Assembly: GCF_001194135.2 (NCBI RefSeq)
Contig: NC_068984.1
Span: 33,819,768-33,883,767 of the forward strand
Length of the DNA stretch: 64,000 nt
From: Octopus bimaculoides
Lineage: Eukaryota
Direction of reading: 5' to 3'
The notes under the pieces are model-generated. The model saw only the letters and a program-made list of their open reading frames with translations, was not told where the DNA came from and did not search any database. The translations under genes and the position numbers were made by a program. Below are positions 49,741 through 63,218 of this stretch, piece by piece (the first letter of the stretch is position 1; the number at the start of each line of letters is the position of its first letter).

Positions 49741-50573
49741 CGAAGGGGGTTCCCAAAAGAAGCCGGAATTTTAAAACCTTATTTTATTCACTTAGCTTTA
49801 CATGCTAACATACTGATAGCCATCAAAGTATTTTCCATGTGAAGTAATGCATCGGCCAGACGCGTTTTCCACTGTTCAGTAACAGGGCTGGCACTTGTGC
49901 GAAGTGATGCCTTTTAAAGCCTCCGTCTGTTTTTTCTTCACCTCTTATACATCTCTAAATTCCGTAAGCACCATCTTTCATCAACAGTGAAGACTATCCA
50001 AAATAGGTCAACTTCCAACTATTCTTTCAGTACACGACACGTATTCATTTGTGACTGCTTTTTTATCTTTCGTGAGCAAGTGAGATACAAATTTTGTGGC
50101 AACACTTTTCATTCGCAATTCCTCGCTCAAAATTCATTGGGAGGAACTCCAGGATACACAAATCATATCAGCAAATTCATTAATTGTTCAGTGACGGTCC
50201 TTCTATCCATCTAGATCAGTTCATGAATTTTCATGATGTTTTCATTCATTCGGGATGTCGACGGTTGCCCTGAACGAGGTTGGTCTTCAAGCTACCAGTG
50301 ACTATTCCTGAAGCTTAAAAACCACTCATAAACTTGTGTTTTGCCCATGGCAGCGACCTTGTAAACTCTTTAAAGCATGGCAACGAATTCGGAAACCGTT
50401 TTCTAGAAAACTGGGAAACAAAGAGGCACGACGTGGAAATACGACACACCCGACGACGCCGGTCTACAGACTGATGCCTGTGGGTTGCATCAATTGGCTT
50501 CTGCCGGCAGAAGACTCAACTACAACGGGTTTGTCCCACAGTCCCACAGAGAACGTTTCTTTCGGGTAACTCC
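49741..50573 (-). mobile_element. Tc1/mariner (mariner-type) internally deleted transposon
   Basis: Minus strand: AAMGKTQVYEWF..LEDQPRSGQPSTS..ENIMKIHELI..DRR (mariner HTH), then a deletion across the catalytic core to the C-terminus (EALKGIT..QWKTRL..CI). The left end is TA followed by cgaagggggttcccaaaagaagccggaatt (TIR-like); the right end runs into a gap. Confidence 0.85.
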
Positions 50574-51020
50574 NNNNNNNNNNNNNNNNNNNNNNNNNNN
50601 NNNNNNNNNNNNNNNNNNNNNNNNNNNNNNNNNNNNNNNNNNNNNNNNNNNNNNNNNNNNNNNNNNNNNNNNNNNNNNNNNNNNNNNNNNNNNNNNNNNN
50701 NNNNNNNNNNNNNNNNNNNNNNNNNNNNNCCAGGCAGACAAATACAACTTGCTTACGTGAACACATACATATTATACGTATACATAGAATTTATAGAAAA
50801 TGAAAGTCAGCAAAGTATGTAATTCATTTAAAAATATTATTTCCCTTTTCTACATTGATTTGATGTCTGTTCTCTTTTCTTTTTTGTTTTGTCCATGTTT
50901 ATTTCAGTGTTTTTATTTCTATCCCATTACTTTCAGTAATAACTGAATTGAATCTTCATTCTCTGTATTTCAGAAATATAACCACCATTGTTATAGAAAC
51001 TGAAGAGAAGTATGCATGTG

Positions 51021-51057
<37 letters not shown>

Positions 51058-51239
51058 GTGCGTGTGTGTGTGTGTGCGCGTGTGTGTGTTTGCTTGTGTG
51101 TACGGATATGTGTGTATGTGTGCGCGTGCAAACTCAGGCGCGCATGAATGTACAGAGAAATGTATGGTTGGGTTTATACGCATTATTCATACATGCATAC
51201 ATACATACATGGTTACATATATAAATGCACGCACACAAT

Positions 51240-51308
<69 letters not shown>

Positions 51309-52251
51309 ATATATATTACACAGTTTGAGTGTCTATATATTTATATATTATCATTATTAATATTGTCTCAACATTCTTGTTTTGAATATGTTTATTGTGA
51401 ATAATAATGAGATTAATAATAAGAATAAGAAAGCTAAATAATAAACATATTTAGATTTATTATTGTAATTCTAGTGGCTGCTGCATTTTCATAGTCCGAT
51501 TTATAAAGTTATAAGCTTATGCATGATAAATATCTTTGTTATTGAAGCATGGCTTTTACGAACGTATTTTGAATACGTTGAAGCGAATGTACGCCAGCTA
51601 AACTCTATAATACTTCTTCTACATTGCTTAACCTCACAATAAATATCATTCCAAGCATTTGGTTGTATTCAATACTGGAAAATCAAAACGCCGCGAATTC
51701 TAAGTGCGTGAGCGAGATGTAGTTTTTATATAGTTATAAATCAAACAGAAAATTTGTAACGCTCTGTCATATAATAGTAATTTCCTTAGGATTAACCGAA
51801 GAATTTCCATTTGGCTTGGGTTATTTTCATTTTTTTGTAGAGGTTATTTTATGTTACACTCTTTTGCATTTCGCACATTCTCTTTCACAATATGTCTGCA
51901 TTTACAATCAATACACATGATATGATGCGTTAGTTTGTATTCTTTCAATGAATTCCTTTTCATTTTATTTTATTTATCTATTGCACTTTATTTGAAAAAT
52001 AAACAAAAAAAAAAAACCGTGCTTCACCTGATATATGTTCAAATATTTGTCTGGGTCATCCTAACTACCTGAAATTAGGAGCACACATTATATATTTATG
52101 TATTCTCATGTGCATATTCCCATGATATGACATATAATAATTATACTAACGTATCGATAAGCATATATATATGTAGGAAAAAACATTACATTCTCCTCCT
52201 ATCAAACGCAGTCACCAAATGCAAACATTTCGCCATAGTAAACTTGCTGTT

Positions 52252-52295
<44 letters not shown>

Positions 52296-52479
52296 NNNNN
52301 NNNNNNNNNNNNNNNNNNNNNNNNNNNNNNNNNNNNNNNNNNNNNNNNNNNNNNNNNNNNNNNNNNNNNNNNNNNNNNNNNNNNNNNNNNNNNNNNNNNN
52401 NNNNNNNNNNTATATATATCACACACACACACACACACACTGAGAAAATGCGTAAATATCTGGTCCTTGTTTAAATCAC

Positions 52480-53500
52480 ATCAATGTTTTATCCCAACAA
52501 AAAATATCCCCCTTTAAATGCATTAAGTTCTCGGTATCGTTGTGAAAGATACGTTCAATTTCGAAGAAACGGTTCCCGGGCTTTGGGTCTTATCTACTAC
52601 ATCGGCCTCGTGCATCATACAGCCGAAGCTACCAGTTTGAATGATAGATACCCTACGCTATTTTCATTCGCCGCTCTATAGAAAAGTCTACAAAGATACC
52701 ATCTGAATGACCGCATATGTTTGCTGATTTCGTCAAGTCTGAGTCGTGGCAAGGACTAGATATGCAAATGTTTGCGTGATTGCTTTTGCGTGTTGGTAGA
52801 TTTGGAGAACAGTGTATAATATTTATTGAAGAAGTTTATTTCCCACCCCTAAATTATAAAGAAACTCGTATCTGACTGATCTTGTTGATTTTATTGTCGA
52901 GCTTGTCTGCTTCCTGCAAGTTTCGGTGTTTTTCATGAAAACATCTTCATAGCCGCCTGTGACTATTGTAAAGCAGCACACATCTTTATATTTTGGCTGG
53001 AAATGTTTGTGTTGTAGGTTTTCTTATTGGTATGGTGGTGTTCGTGTTTCCGTAAAGCACAGGAAATGTTGCGATGGCAATGTCGATGATTATAAAATAG
53101 TGACAGAGACACCTTTTCTCTTATTGTGGGAGTTGCAAAGACGTATTTTTTTTATGACGTAGCTTGCCTTCCACGGGACCGGCAAGCTGTCAATGTTGCT
53201 GTTGCAGTACGTATTTGTTTTTGCTTCTTATGTTGCACGAGTTCTTGTTGGTTGTCGTTGTTGTGGTGGTAGCGGTCATGGTGTTTTTTTTGCTCTTGTC
53301 GTTCTTTTTGCTATTATTATTGTATTGCTCTTTTGCTTTTCTTTTTGTCGCCAAGGCAATTGTATTGCTATCACTTTCAAGAATAGCAAATTTCAAAGCG
53401 CTGAGAGATTTGGCACGTTCACTCTCTTTAACTTTAACTGCTGCTCTCCTTTTCATTTATTCATTCTCTTAAGTTTTTCTGTCGAATATTATTGTGATTT
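52480..53500 (-). mobile_element. Possible second, highly decayed PLE N-terminal/pre-RT remnant
   Basis: Lys-rich ORF 53190-53456, then TRTPPYQ..DVLLYNSHRRL*RCFHEK (cf. PTP....D...F.RRLR...F) and GNRFFEIER (cf. DKG.RFV.LDR). Weak similarity only. Confidence 0.35.
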
Positions 53501-53743
53501 CATTGAAAAACCGTCTTGATTTTTTTCCGGAGAGGATTTACTTTTAGTTGTTTTGAAAAAAATTCAAAGCGTCCGACATTTCGAGTGGGGTGTCGTTACG
53601 TAAAAACAATTATACCCAGAAGCACTTGATGATCACTTCACAATGGTCAACCAAAATTAAACAAACAACCAAAAGAATGGCTGAGATAGCAGGAAATTTT
53701 GACAACACAGAAATGACTTCCAGATCTTCAATTAATAATAATA

Positions 53744-53910
53744 ATAATCCTTTCTATTATAGGCACAAGTCCCCAACGGCATTTCGACTTTGTTTTTCAT
53801 CCTGTAGGGGTGGATAAAACAAGCTTTAGTCGAGCACAGACGTCGATGAATTCTTTTGGCTCCCTCCCATCAAACTTTCAAATCTGGTGCCTGTAGTAAA
53901 AAGGATTATT
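53744..53910 (+). mobile_element. SINE family B 3' half preceded by an inverted copy of its own tail
   Basis: Left ataatcctttctattataggcacaag versus right ctggtgcctgtagtaaaaaggattat (22/26 as inverted repeats). The middle matches the family B core (gactttgtttttcatcctgtaggggtggataaa). Confidence 0.7.
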
Positions 53911-53914
53911 ATCA

Positions 53915-54280
53915 TTATGAAAGACGTCACACAGTATGCAGAATTGTGATGTAGACTGAAGATACTGTGTGTAACGGCGGTTTGTACTGTGTCCAGTCAC
54001 AAGGAATTCAGACAGACGGTATTTGATGCAGTACGCGTTCAGTTCCAAGTAAAGCCGACTTTTGCAGTACATCAAGATAGTAGGGTATTTCTAAAACTTC
54101 CAGATGTTTCTTCCAGTTGGGTGGAATTGCACCCAATGCTCAGATGACAACAGGAACAACATTTGTTTAACTCACGCAGCTGCCACATCTTCGCAATCTC
54201 AGTTCTCAGGTTTCCATATTAGTCGACCTTTCCTCTTTCTTTCATGATGATATGTTGATCTCCTGGCGCTAATGTTAATC
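53915..54280 (-). mobile_element. RLE-type LINE (family RLE-2) 3' end
   Basis: PGDQHIIMKERGKVD*YGNLRTEIAKMWQLRE...VVPVVI*ALGAIP...LDVLQKSALLGTERVL, ending in ataatgataataat. Confidence 0.82.
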
Positions 54281-54604
54281 CCAATTTCTTCAACAAGTTT
54301 CTCAAACCTGGTTGTTAATACTCTCAATGTTCCTACTTCTTCCTCACTTCTTTCTTCTCTACTCACACATTCATCCTCTCTCACATTTATTCCATCTCTC
54401 TAACTAACTAAAGTATAACGGGCGAACGAACAAGCAGATTATTATATAGATATTATTATTTCTAAAATTAATTATAACATATTTAACAAATATATTTTAA
54501 TAATAAGAATATCGATCGTAAAAATTTTGAATATAATTATGTTCCATTTTTTTTTTTTTTGCATTTTGTGCTGCTACATAATTTTACTTCATGAATGCTT
54601 TTCA

Positions 54605-55050
54605 GGAATTGACATTTGGTGCATGAGAGAGTTTGATGCAGCTGCCCTCATCTGCACCTCCTGCCGCGAAGTTGCTTCATCTGGGACACTTGACAGGAAG
54701 AGGTCCAGCTTTATTTTGAAGACACCTACATCCACCCCATGCAGGTCTCACAGGTCCTTCGGGAGGATATTGAAGAGCAGTGGACCTCTGAAAACCAGAC
54801 TATTGCAGTATCTTTTCCTACATCTTGATGGCACATTTGGAGTCCTTGGCACTATGCAGCGGCGCCCAGTTCTATTCTTGGTGTAACTTTCGATGCCAAA
54901 GTTTGGGACAAGTCCTTCGAGGATCTTCCAGATGTATATTATGGCATATCTTTCTCGCGTACGCTGTAAGGAATAGAGTCTTAATCTCTTGAGTCTTTCC
55001 CAATAGCTTATATGCTGCATAGAGGCTATCTTCTTCGTGTAGCTGTTTAT
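54605..55050 (-). mobile_element. CR1-group LINE 3' fragment
   Basis: ORF YTKKIASMQHISYWERLKRLRLYSLQRTRERYAIIYIWKILEG...FRGPLLFNILP, continuing DLHGVDVGVFKIKLDLFLSSVPDE. Confidence 0.88.
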
Positions 55051-55952
55051 GGTTACTTGCATTATTCGTATTCGTTGCTCTATAAAGAGAGACGGAAAGA
55101 CATATTATCTAAGAAAGTAGTTTTCGGAAAAGAACCGCTGAAATTACGGCACTTCGTAAATAATTCCACCATTTTATTTCTCTATGAGAAATACTAAAAT
55201 ACATGTTGGGACAATACTAAAAAAAAAAATCTGTATTATGTTTGGGGGGACAAAATTGAAAATTATTTGTAACTCATTGTTTTCCTGTGATTATTTAAAT
55301 GGTAAAATAGTTAAATAAATGAAACGTATAATTATGGGAAAAGAAATATTTTTTTTATTATTATTAAGGAAGGTCACGTGTTATTAATGGGGTCAATATT
55401 TAAAGGAATAGAAGTCTTTCTCTTGGTAGGAAACAATGATTGCTGTATATAGATCTGAACAGATTTTGTAAGAGATTGGCCAAATAGGAAATCAATGTGC
55501 CATGATGAATTGCTTCGATGAACAGCAAATGAAATAGTATCTCGTGAGTAAAACCATCTTTACCAGTTTACCAAACGTCATGCATAGGATTATAAATATC
55601 ACGGATTAATCGCTTTCATGATTACAATTACTTTTGTCATGGTCTAGAGATATTGTTGAAATTACTTAATACACACAAACACACATGCACACACGCACAC
55701 ACACACACACACACACATGCACACACATATACATATATATATGTGGGGAGCGTATGCATGTATGTAAGTACATGATTTATTTAAACGGAACATTTGCCTC
55801 TCGCCTTGAGATGTACGTCGTTGTGATATATTTGATGATATTGATACATAAATTGTTTTTCGATTTTATATGCATATATCTACCTACCTACTAACCTACC
55901 CACATACATACGTACGCGCACACATACATATATACGTACGTACATCCACACA

Positions 55953-55983
<31 letters not shown>

Positions 55984-56949
55984 TAATAATTTTGGCTCAT
56001 CTAACGAATGATGATTCAGGAAGTTATCTCTACATGTCAACTTTGGGATTCTGGTGACTGACAAGGTTATTACTGGGTAAGTACACTTACCCAGCTGCAT
56101 ATTTTGAATTTGGTGCTACTGTGTCACTGTTCATCAATCTTCTGTCTTCAAATCCCACCTTGTGTGCGTTCTCGAAGGAACAGACACCCTAGGGAATAGC
56201 CTGTTACCAAACTCTGCGATCGGGAGCTATAGTAGAGTACTGATGATGATAATATGACAGGCATAAAATTTTTTTCTGCAGAGAAAAATTGCATCTTTCT
56301 AAAATGCCCTTCTGCAACTCTGGCCAAAGGAGCATTCAACATACACTTCCATCTTAAGTAGGCGAAATCTGCCATTTTGAAAGCGTGGAAATTTGTAGAA
56401 TGAGATGGAAGGAGATTGAAATAATGAAGAGTCAATATATAACGAACATCACAATGTAGGGTAGAATGAAAAGTTGCAAGAGAAGAGGAGATACAGAAAA
56501 TAACAGAGGAGGATATAGCATGTGTAATAGAGGAAAGACAGATCAAAGCGGGGGAAATAACTCAAGTAGAGAGAATGAGAGACTGAAAGAAATGAGAGTC
56601 ATTCGTGTGCAATATCTGCCAGGGACGTTTCCCCGTCTTCTTTGGGTGGATTGTGGCCGGATTGCACCCGCCTTATGAAAAAAAAAATAAAGATGCATCA
56701 CTTACATGCATTAATGAAATGGCTTCTATTGAATACTTTTTTGTTCAAAATAACATTTGTGACTGATATATTTCGTTATTTGTATTTAGGTATGCCGCAG
56801 TGTGTGTGTATGTAGACTGTTATTGTTGTTTTATTAATCGTAGTGTTTATTGTTCAAACAGATAGGAAGTTGGAAAATAATAGACCCATCATGCCGTTTA
56901 GATGCCGCGGGTTCTAAGTATGAGAAAGACAGTTGATAACTTGTGGATA

Positions 56950-57090
56950 CATAGTCTGGGGCAGGGGCTCAGTCGATTAGATCGCCCTCAGTACGCAACT
57001 GGCACTTAATTTATCGACCCCGAAAGGATGAAAAGCAAAGTAAATCTCGGCGGAATTTGAACTCAGAACATAAAGATAGACGAAATACTA
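56950..57090 (-). mobile_element. SINE family B, 5'-truncated, followed by (CAC)/(CAT)/(TAT) compound microsatellite
   Basis: gattagatcgccctcagtacgcaactggcacttaatttatcgaccccgaaaggatgaaaagcaaagtaaatctcggcggaatttgaactcagaac. Confidence 0.88.
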
Positions 57091-57945
57091 TTACTATCTA
57101 CCACCACCACCGCCGCCATCATGATCATCATCATCATCATCATCGTCGTCATCATTATTATTATTATTATTATTTTGGTTTGGCTCAGGACTGGTCTTAT
57201 TCCTGGTAGGATTTATGTAGGTAGTGGGTTACTACCTGTAACCGTGAATATTTCACGGAATTAATGGTAAACCTGTTGGGTTATTTCTGAAAACTTCATC
57301 GTAAAAACCTGAAAGCGTAGCCTGTGTTGTGTCTGTATCAAAAGATAGTCGCTCATCTGCTACTCATTGAAAAGTGAAAGAAACTAGAATATAATGATTA
57401 ATTAATGCACTTCATATACACACTTTATATATTTTACGCACAATTTTATAGACTTAATACACAGCACTCATAAAATAAATATTCATTCTTATTTTTTCCA
57501 TTTTTCCCATAAACAAAAAAGAAAAAAAATATCCCGTACATATGATACAACCTTTACTTAAATTACATATATCTGCCACGTAAATAAGCTTGAATATTTC
57601 ACAGAATTGCACTTATATGCATATGCTAAGGGATAGGGGATAAAAAAAATGTTCATTCAATATTTTTAAAAAATACACTTTTCACTAGCCAATCACCACC
57701 ACCACCACCTCCATCTCCACCACCACCATCATCATCTTTCTCTCTCACGCTCTTCACTCTTTCCTCTCTTTCTCTCTCTTCTCTTTCTCTCTCTCCTCTC
57801 TTTCTCTCTCTCTTCTCTTTCTCCCGTCTCTCTCTCTTTCTCCCGTCTCTCTCTCTCTGCCCTTCTTTACCCTCACCATCAGAACATCACCCCTCTGTTA
57901 AAATTATATTTTAAATTCTCGTCCTCTTCCTTTAACTAACTTTTT

Positions 57946-58232
57946 TAACCACGTAGTAAATATTACGTTTCCTCCTACCTAACATCATGGACCCTTTTCT
58001 GCCCCTCTTTTTCTCTCTCCTTTCTGTCTCACTTTTTGCCTTACCCTATTTTTATCTCCCCTTTTTTCTCCTCTCTTTCCCTTCCGCTAATCACGTGAAA
58101 GCGTTACAATTACATTCGCTCCACCTTATGTCATGGATGCTTTTCTCTCCCTCTTTTCTCCCTCCCTCTTTTCCTCTCTCCCTCTTATCTTTTCTTTCTT
58201 CTTCTTTTTCTCTAATCCCGTGAAGGCATTAC
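57946..58232. repeat. Degenerate tandem repeat, about 125-140 bp period, about 2.2 units, pyrimidine-rich
   Basis: Recurring taa(c/t)c(a/c)cgt...ttac and catgga..cttttct anchors at about 57946, 58087 and 58212. Confidence 0.55.
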
Positions 58233-60279
58233 CGACGGGTTAAGTAATGCAACGACAAACTGAATTAGTATATGATGGATTATTATTCATTTGCTTGTAT
58301 TAGTTCAAATACACGCTTGGGTATTACCAATACAAGGTCTGTCTTTAATTTAAAGGAAACGGTAAATTTCTTATCAGTAAATTACGACATTCCATAAATA
58401 TATCACGTTAGACCTTTCTTCTAACATTATTATATCTTTTACTTCATGTGTGATTCCGTCAATTTTTTTTTTTTTCTGATTTCCCTATTCTTCCATTCCT
58501 AACCTACCTCAAGTAAGCCAGTTTTTTTTTAATATCTAATCAAACCCCAATACTTGAGTTTCATTATTGCTTTCCACTAACTCCATTTTCAAAGTAGCAT
58601 ATAGGCAATTTCCACGATTTTACATTCAAATTAGCTTATTCCTCGTTCTCCTTAATATCTATTATAATTGGTAGTTTATTAGTAATATTATCATAGACAG
58701 TAAAATAGGTTTCAAAGTATCTGTTGAATTCAAAATCAAGCAATGAAGAGTTCATAACAGGTTATTCATTGCATTTGTTTTTTTTCTTCTTTTTTTTTTC
58801 GCGAATGCTGTAAGATATAGAGGTTTAGCTAACATTACTCGTGCAATAGAGAGGCTTGGCTATGTCTGTGAAAACTTGCAATTAACGAGGTCCAGGTTCA
58901 AAAAAGCGGAAATCGTGATTTAGTGATGCCACAACTGCACTAGCATAATTTACACCTAATTCTGATATATTTCTGTGGTTTTAACAATATACGTCTATAA
59001 TTGATGCTTTGTCGAAACGAATACTGCAGTTTATGAGACTTTCACAGTATATAGGCTTTAAGTACAACATTCAGATCGATAAGTTTAAGTAATATAGCTT
59101 TCGCTGATAATAATGAATCTACTGGTATATTCTACAATACATTGTAAAAATTAACTGATATATTGTCAACATACCATTTATCAAATATTCCAACCAGCTG
59201 CTAAGAAAATCCTATGAAGACAAATTGGTTTCTCTCGTTTACTTAAGCCTCTAATAATTATGGTCAGTAAAATCGGGTGAACAGTCTCTGGCGAAATCTC
59301 AACAAAGCTTCGAACATGCATGTCCTGTACTTTCTGTTCATGAAGATATTGTTTATATCTATGTATTGTTTACGTTCCTCGTAATATGCAGTTTAGACTA
59401 AAATCTGAGGGTACCTTCAAGAGTACATTATAGCGATTTATAAACATATACACACATACGCACACTCATAAATACGCATGTGTATATGTATGAATGTATG
59501 TATGCGTATGTGTGTTTGTTTGTGAACGTGATTGTATTTTTATACGTATATTTGTGTAACCTATTAGCAATTCTTCAATGACCAACATTCTGTTTTCAAC
59601 TATAAATGTGAGGTTGGAAAGGTCATGTTAAACATTAGCTAAGAAAATGAAAATGCAAAATATGTCTACGATGAGATCAAGGGTTGAAATGGAAATATAA
59701 ATTGTAAATTATTCAAATAAGTATCTCTGCTGAAGAACAAATAGAACAGTTGCAATTTTTGAAAATGTTAATTATTTTTTCAGTTTATTCTTGTATCACT
59801 CAAATTGAAGGTGACGCCAGTCGTTGCCCATAGCTTGTACATATTTTCCAAAAGTATAAAACAACGACATCATGATGAGATTGAAATAGCTAACGTTCAG
59901 GTTGGATAGTCACATGTACGTTTAATTGCTGAGAATAATGCGTAAGCCGAGAAAATTATTGTTCTGGAGATGAAAGACACAACAACAGAAGATGTAACTT
60001 AATTCACTCCTTTCTTTTATTTCCCATTTCGTTAAATTTAAGGAAGCTTTCATCCTTTCATCTTTATCGTTATTGTCATTTTAATTATTTCATTATTGGT
60101 GATGTACCTTGGTTTTGGTGAAATTAATTTAAGTTGCATATAATTTTAATCGTTGTTATTCAAAATACGCCCACGTTAACTTTACCTTATCTCCTTCAAG
60201 AGTGGTAAATAAAGTACAAGCCAGGCACAAATGTTACTGCCTCCCCCTCTCTCTCTCTCACTCTCTCTCCCTCTCTCTC

Positions 60280-60314
<35 letters not shown>

Positions 60315-63186
60315 CTCTTTATCTGTATGAATCGGTTATGTTATTCCAGTATAAATTGTGGCAAAAAGTAATAAGATTAGCTCTACGTAGTAAGAAAAGA
60401 TTCTCTGTTCACGCATTCTCTCAGATAAAAATCATATGCCACCGTCTTGATAAAAAAAAAGATGTATTCAAATGTAGTCTTTTAGAAAAATCGCTAAACA
60501 ATAAGAAATTCCAAGGGAGAAGGATAAGAGAAATAAAAGAAACAAGATGCAATAATTTGAAATTAGAAATAATCTAACACTATAACCAATATTAAAGATA
60601 GCTTATTCGTTATATGCCTAAAAACAAATCAATGTGGAGAAATGTGGAGAAATGTCTTATCTCTTGACCCGAAGTTAAATTTGCTTGCACAAAACAAAAA
60701 AAAAAACCTTTGCGCAGAAGCACAAATGGACAGTAGAGCAATCGAATGTTAAACAAAATTGACGAAAAGCAAAGAGTGTGCTTTAAATTAACACAAAAAT
60801 AATTTTAAACTAATTGTATTTCTATTTCATTTACTGGTATTCATGCATTGTCATACATTTGTAAGTAGCAGATTGTGTATATATGTGTTTTCGATTTAAT
60901 TTTTAATAGTTTAAAGAAAACTGTAATTTTACTTAAGCTTGCGAAGACTATTTAGTATAAATGCCACTTTTTGGTCATTAAGCTAGTAAATGATCTAAAC
61001 CAACTGAAACTGTTTTCTTACCTATTTTTATATCAATGGAATTTATATCCCATCAGTTAAATGTCCTCGTCCAAATCAAAACATAATCTAGGCCTGATTA
61101 GGTACTAACTCTCACAAAGCACAACTGGGCCCAACATAACATTACTGATCAGATATCTAGAATGGCATTGTTGTCACCACGCAAACATGTAATAATCATC
61201 ATGTAACATCATGTAACAACGTAATAAACGTTGACTCGAATACGTATTATTTGTCGCATGTTAATTCTATCAATATTTATGTCTTCTGTACATCTGCAGA
61301 AGTTTACAATCTAGACCGCATTTCACTCATCTCCGCTTAGAAAGATACTGTCTCAACCCACTAAATTCCATACTATAGTTTTTCACTCTTTCCAAATCCG
61401 AAAGGACAGCTGCCGCTGGAACCCATATCATGTTTTTCTCCACAGATATCAACTTTAAGAGATTCATATATAATAGTATAACTACTAACGAGAAGAACAT
61501 CACTGAAACAGTTTTTTTTTCTTCTTCTATATGAATGTAGAAATAATTTACTTATGAAAGTGGATCGATCCGAATATTCTATTATCTAAATTTAGGTACT
61601 CACTAACTTATTTTATGGTATTAGAGATATACGATGAACATTGTTTTTGCAGGTGTATGGATAAATTCATTTTAATTAACTAATTTCGGTTCACTCTCAA
61701 GACACAATGAATCTTTTGGTAAAATTCATTATAATCATTTAGGTTTTCATTTATTTATCTTCACTTCAAATTCTCGTAGTTACATGAGTTTATGTATGTA
61801 TTGTGGAGAGAAGTTTAAATTCTAGTATAGCTTGTCAATTTAAATCTTACGCTAACTGTTATACTTCGAGCGAAATCATTTCTTCTTGTTTCACTTTATA
61901 CCGTGACATATTGTTGAGTGTATTTTTATAAAGATTCAATTTACAAAACGTAGTTAGTTGATCTTCAGTTTTACTGACATTTTCACTAACTAGTAACAAT
62001 GCAATGAATAATGGATATGTTAAAGAGCACCTTTGGATAGTGTATCCAGTGTATTAAATTAATCCCTGGAAGAAAAATGGGTATTGTGCTTACACTAAAT
62101 AAATATTTATTTAAAATGGTTTATTCTCGCTATGTGTCAGTTATTTTTTTCTTATAGTTCTAAATTATTATTTTAACTGACTTAGGTCAAACCATTCAGC
62201 ATTGCGTCTGAATTAGATTCTATGAAAACAAAACATGTTTTCAAATTTGATAAATATCTCTGCTTTCAAATGATGAATGTGCGAAACTCAACCCAAATTA
62301 ATTAACACTCTTTTCAAAGAAATTCTATCTTCATTTATAAGCTTAGAAAGTCATTTCATTACTCCAGTCAGACGATGTCTAAAATTTAATTACATCAACA
62401 CCTATCAAATTCCTAATACATAATGTAACAGAATGAATTGCAGTTAAAAGGATATCCGCCTGATTTTGACCCTGCAGTTAAAAACAGCAGATAGCAACTC
62501 TATAAATTAACAGCTTTCCATCTTCTCAAAAGTTCGGCAAAATTGGTGACAACAATTCTACGATGAAGCGTTGACCTAACCTCTTTGACAGATTTACTAC
62601 ACTTTCTCTTGGCACCATCATTCAACGTCGTAGAGAGTTGATAGATAAAAGAGTTTATTTCGATATCAGATTCCTTTCGAAGAAATGAAGAACCGAATAG
62701 TATTTCCTTATTACTCTCCGGTCTCTCTTCCGACTGCTAAAAAATCACTAGCTTTCTGGTTCATACATTACTCTACCAAACACATATGAGGCTGATTATA
62801 AGTAGGCGGTCAGTAAGTAATAGATAACAGATAAATATCCCTATAGCAACGTGTACTACAATTCAAGAACAAGACGCGTTAGACAATGTAGGTATATACA
62901 CACATACATACATACATATACAAACACATACATACACACTTACATGCATATATACACACAGAGAGCCGACAAACATCGCAAAAATGAGAAGACAAACCCA
63001 TTTTGGAAATTCTTTTCTAGAAACAAAATAATGTCACCTGATGCATTTAACAACCTAACCTAGTATTTAGTAAACATACTTCATCCAGCTTTTAATAATT
63101 TAGCTCGTTTAGACATCTTACTAAAGAATAGTGTCCACTTGAATAAAGCGGTTTAATGAGGGTGCACATCTGCTTTCGGAACGTGC

Positions 63187-63218
<32 letters not shown>

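Noticed and set aside
56148-56690. Purine-rich, coding-like ORFs (132 aa minus, 70 aa plus)
   Set aside because: No recognisable domain; possibly a decayed LINE ORF1, but I cannot support a call.
57946-58232. Repeat-spacer-like alternation suggesting a CRISPR array
   Set aside because: Eukaryotic context, only about 2 degenerate units, low-complexity spacers and no cas genes.
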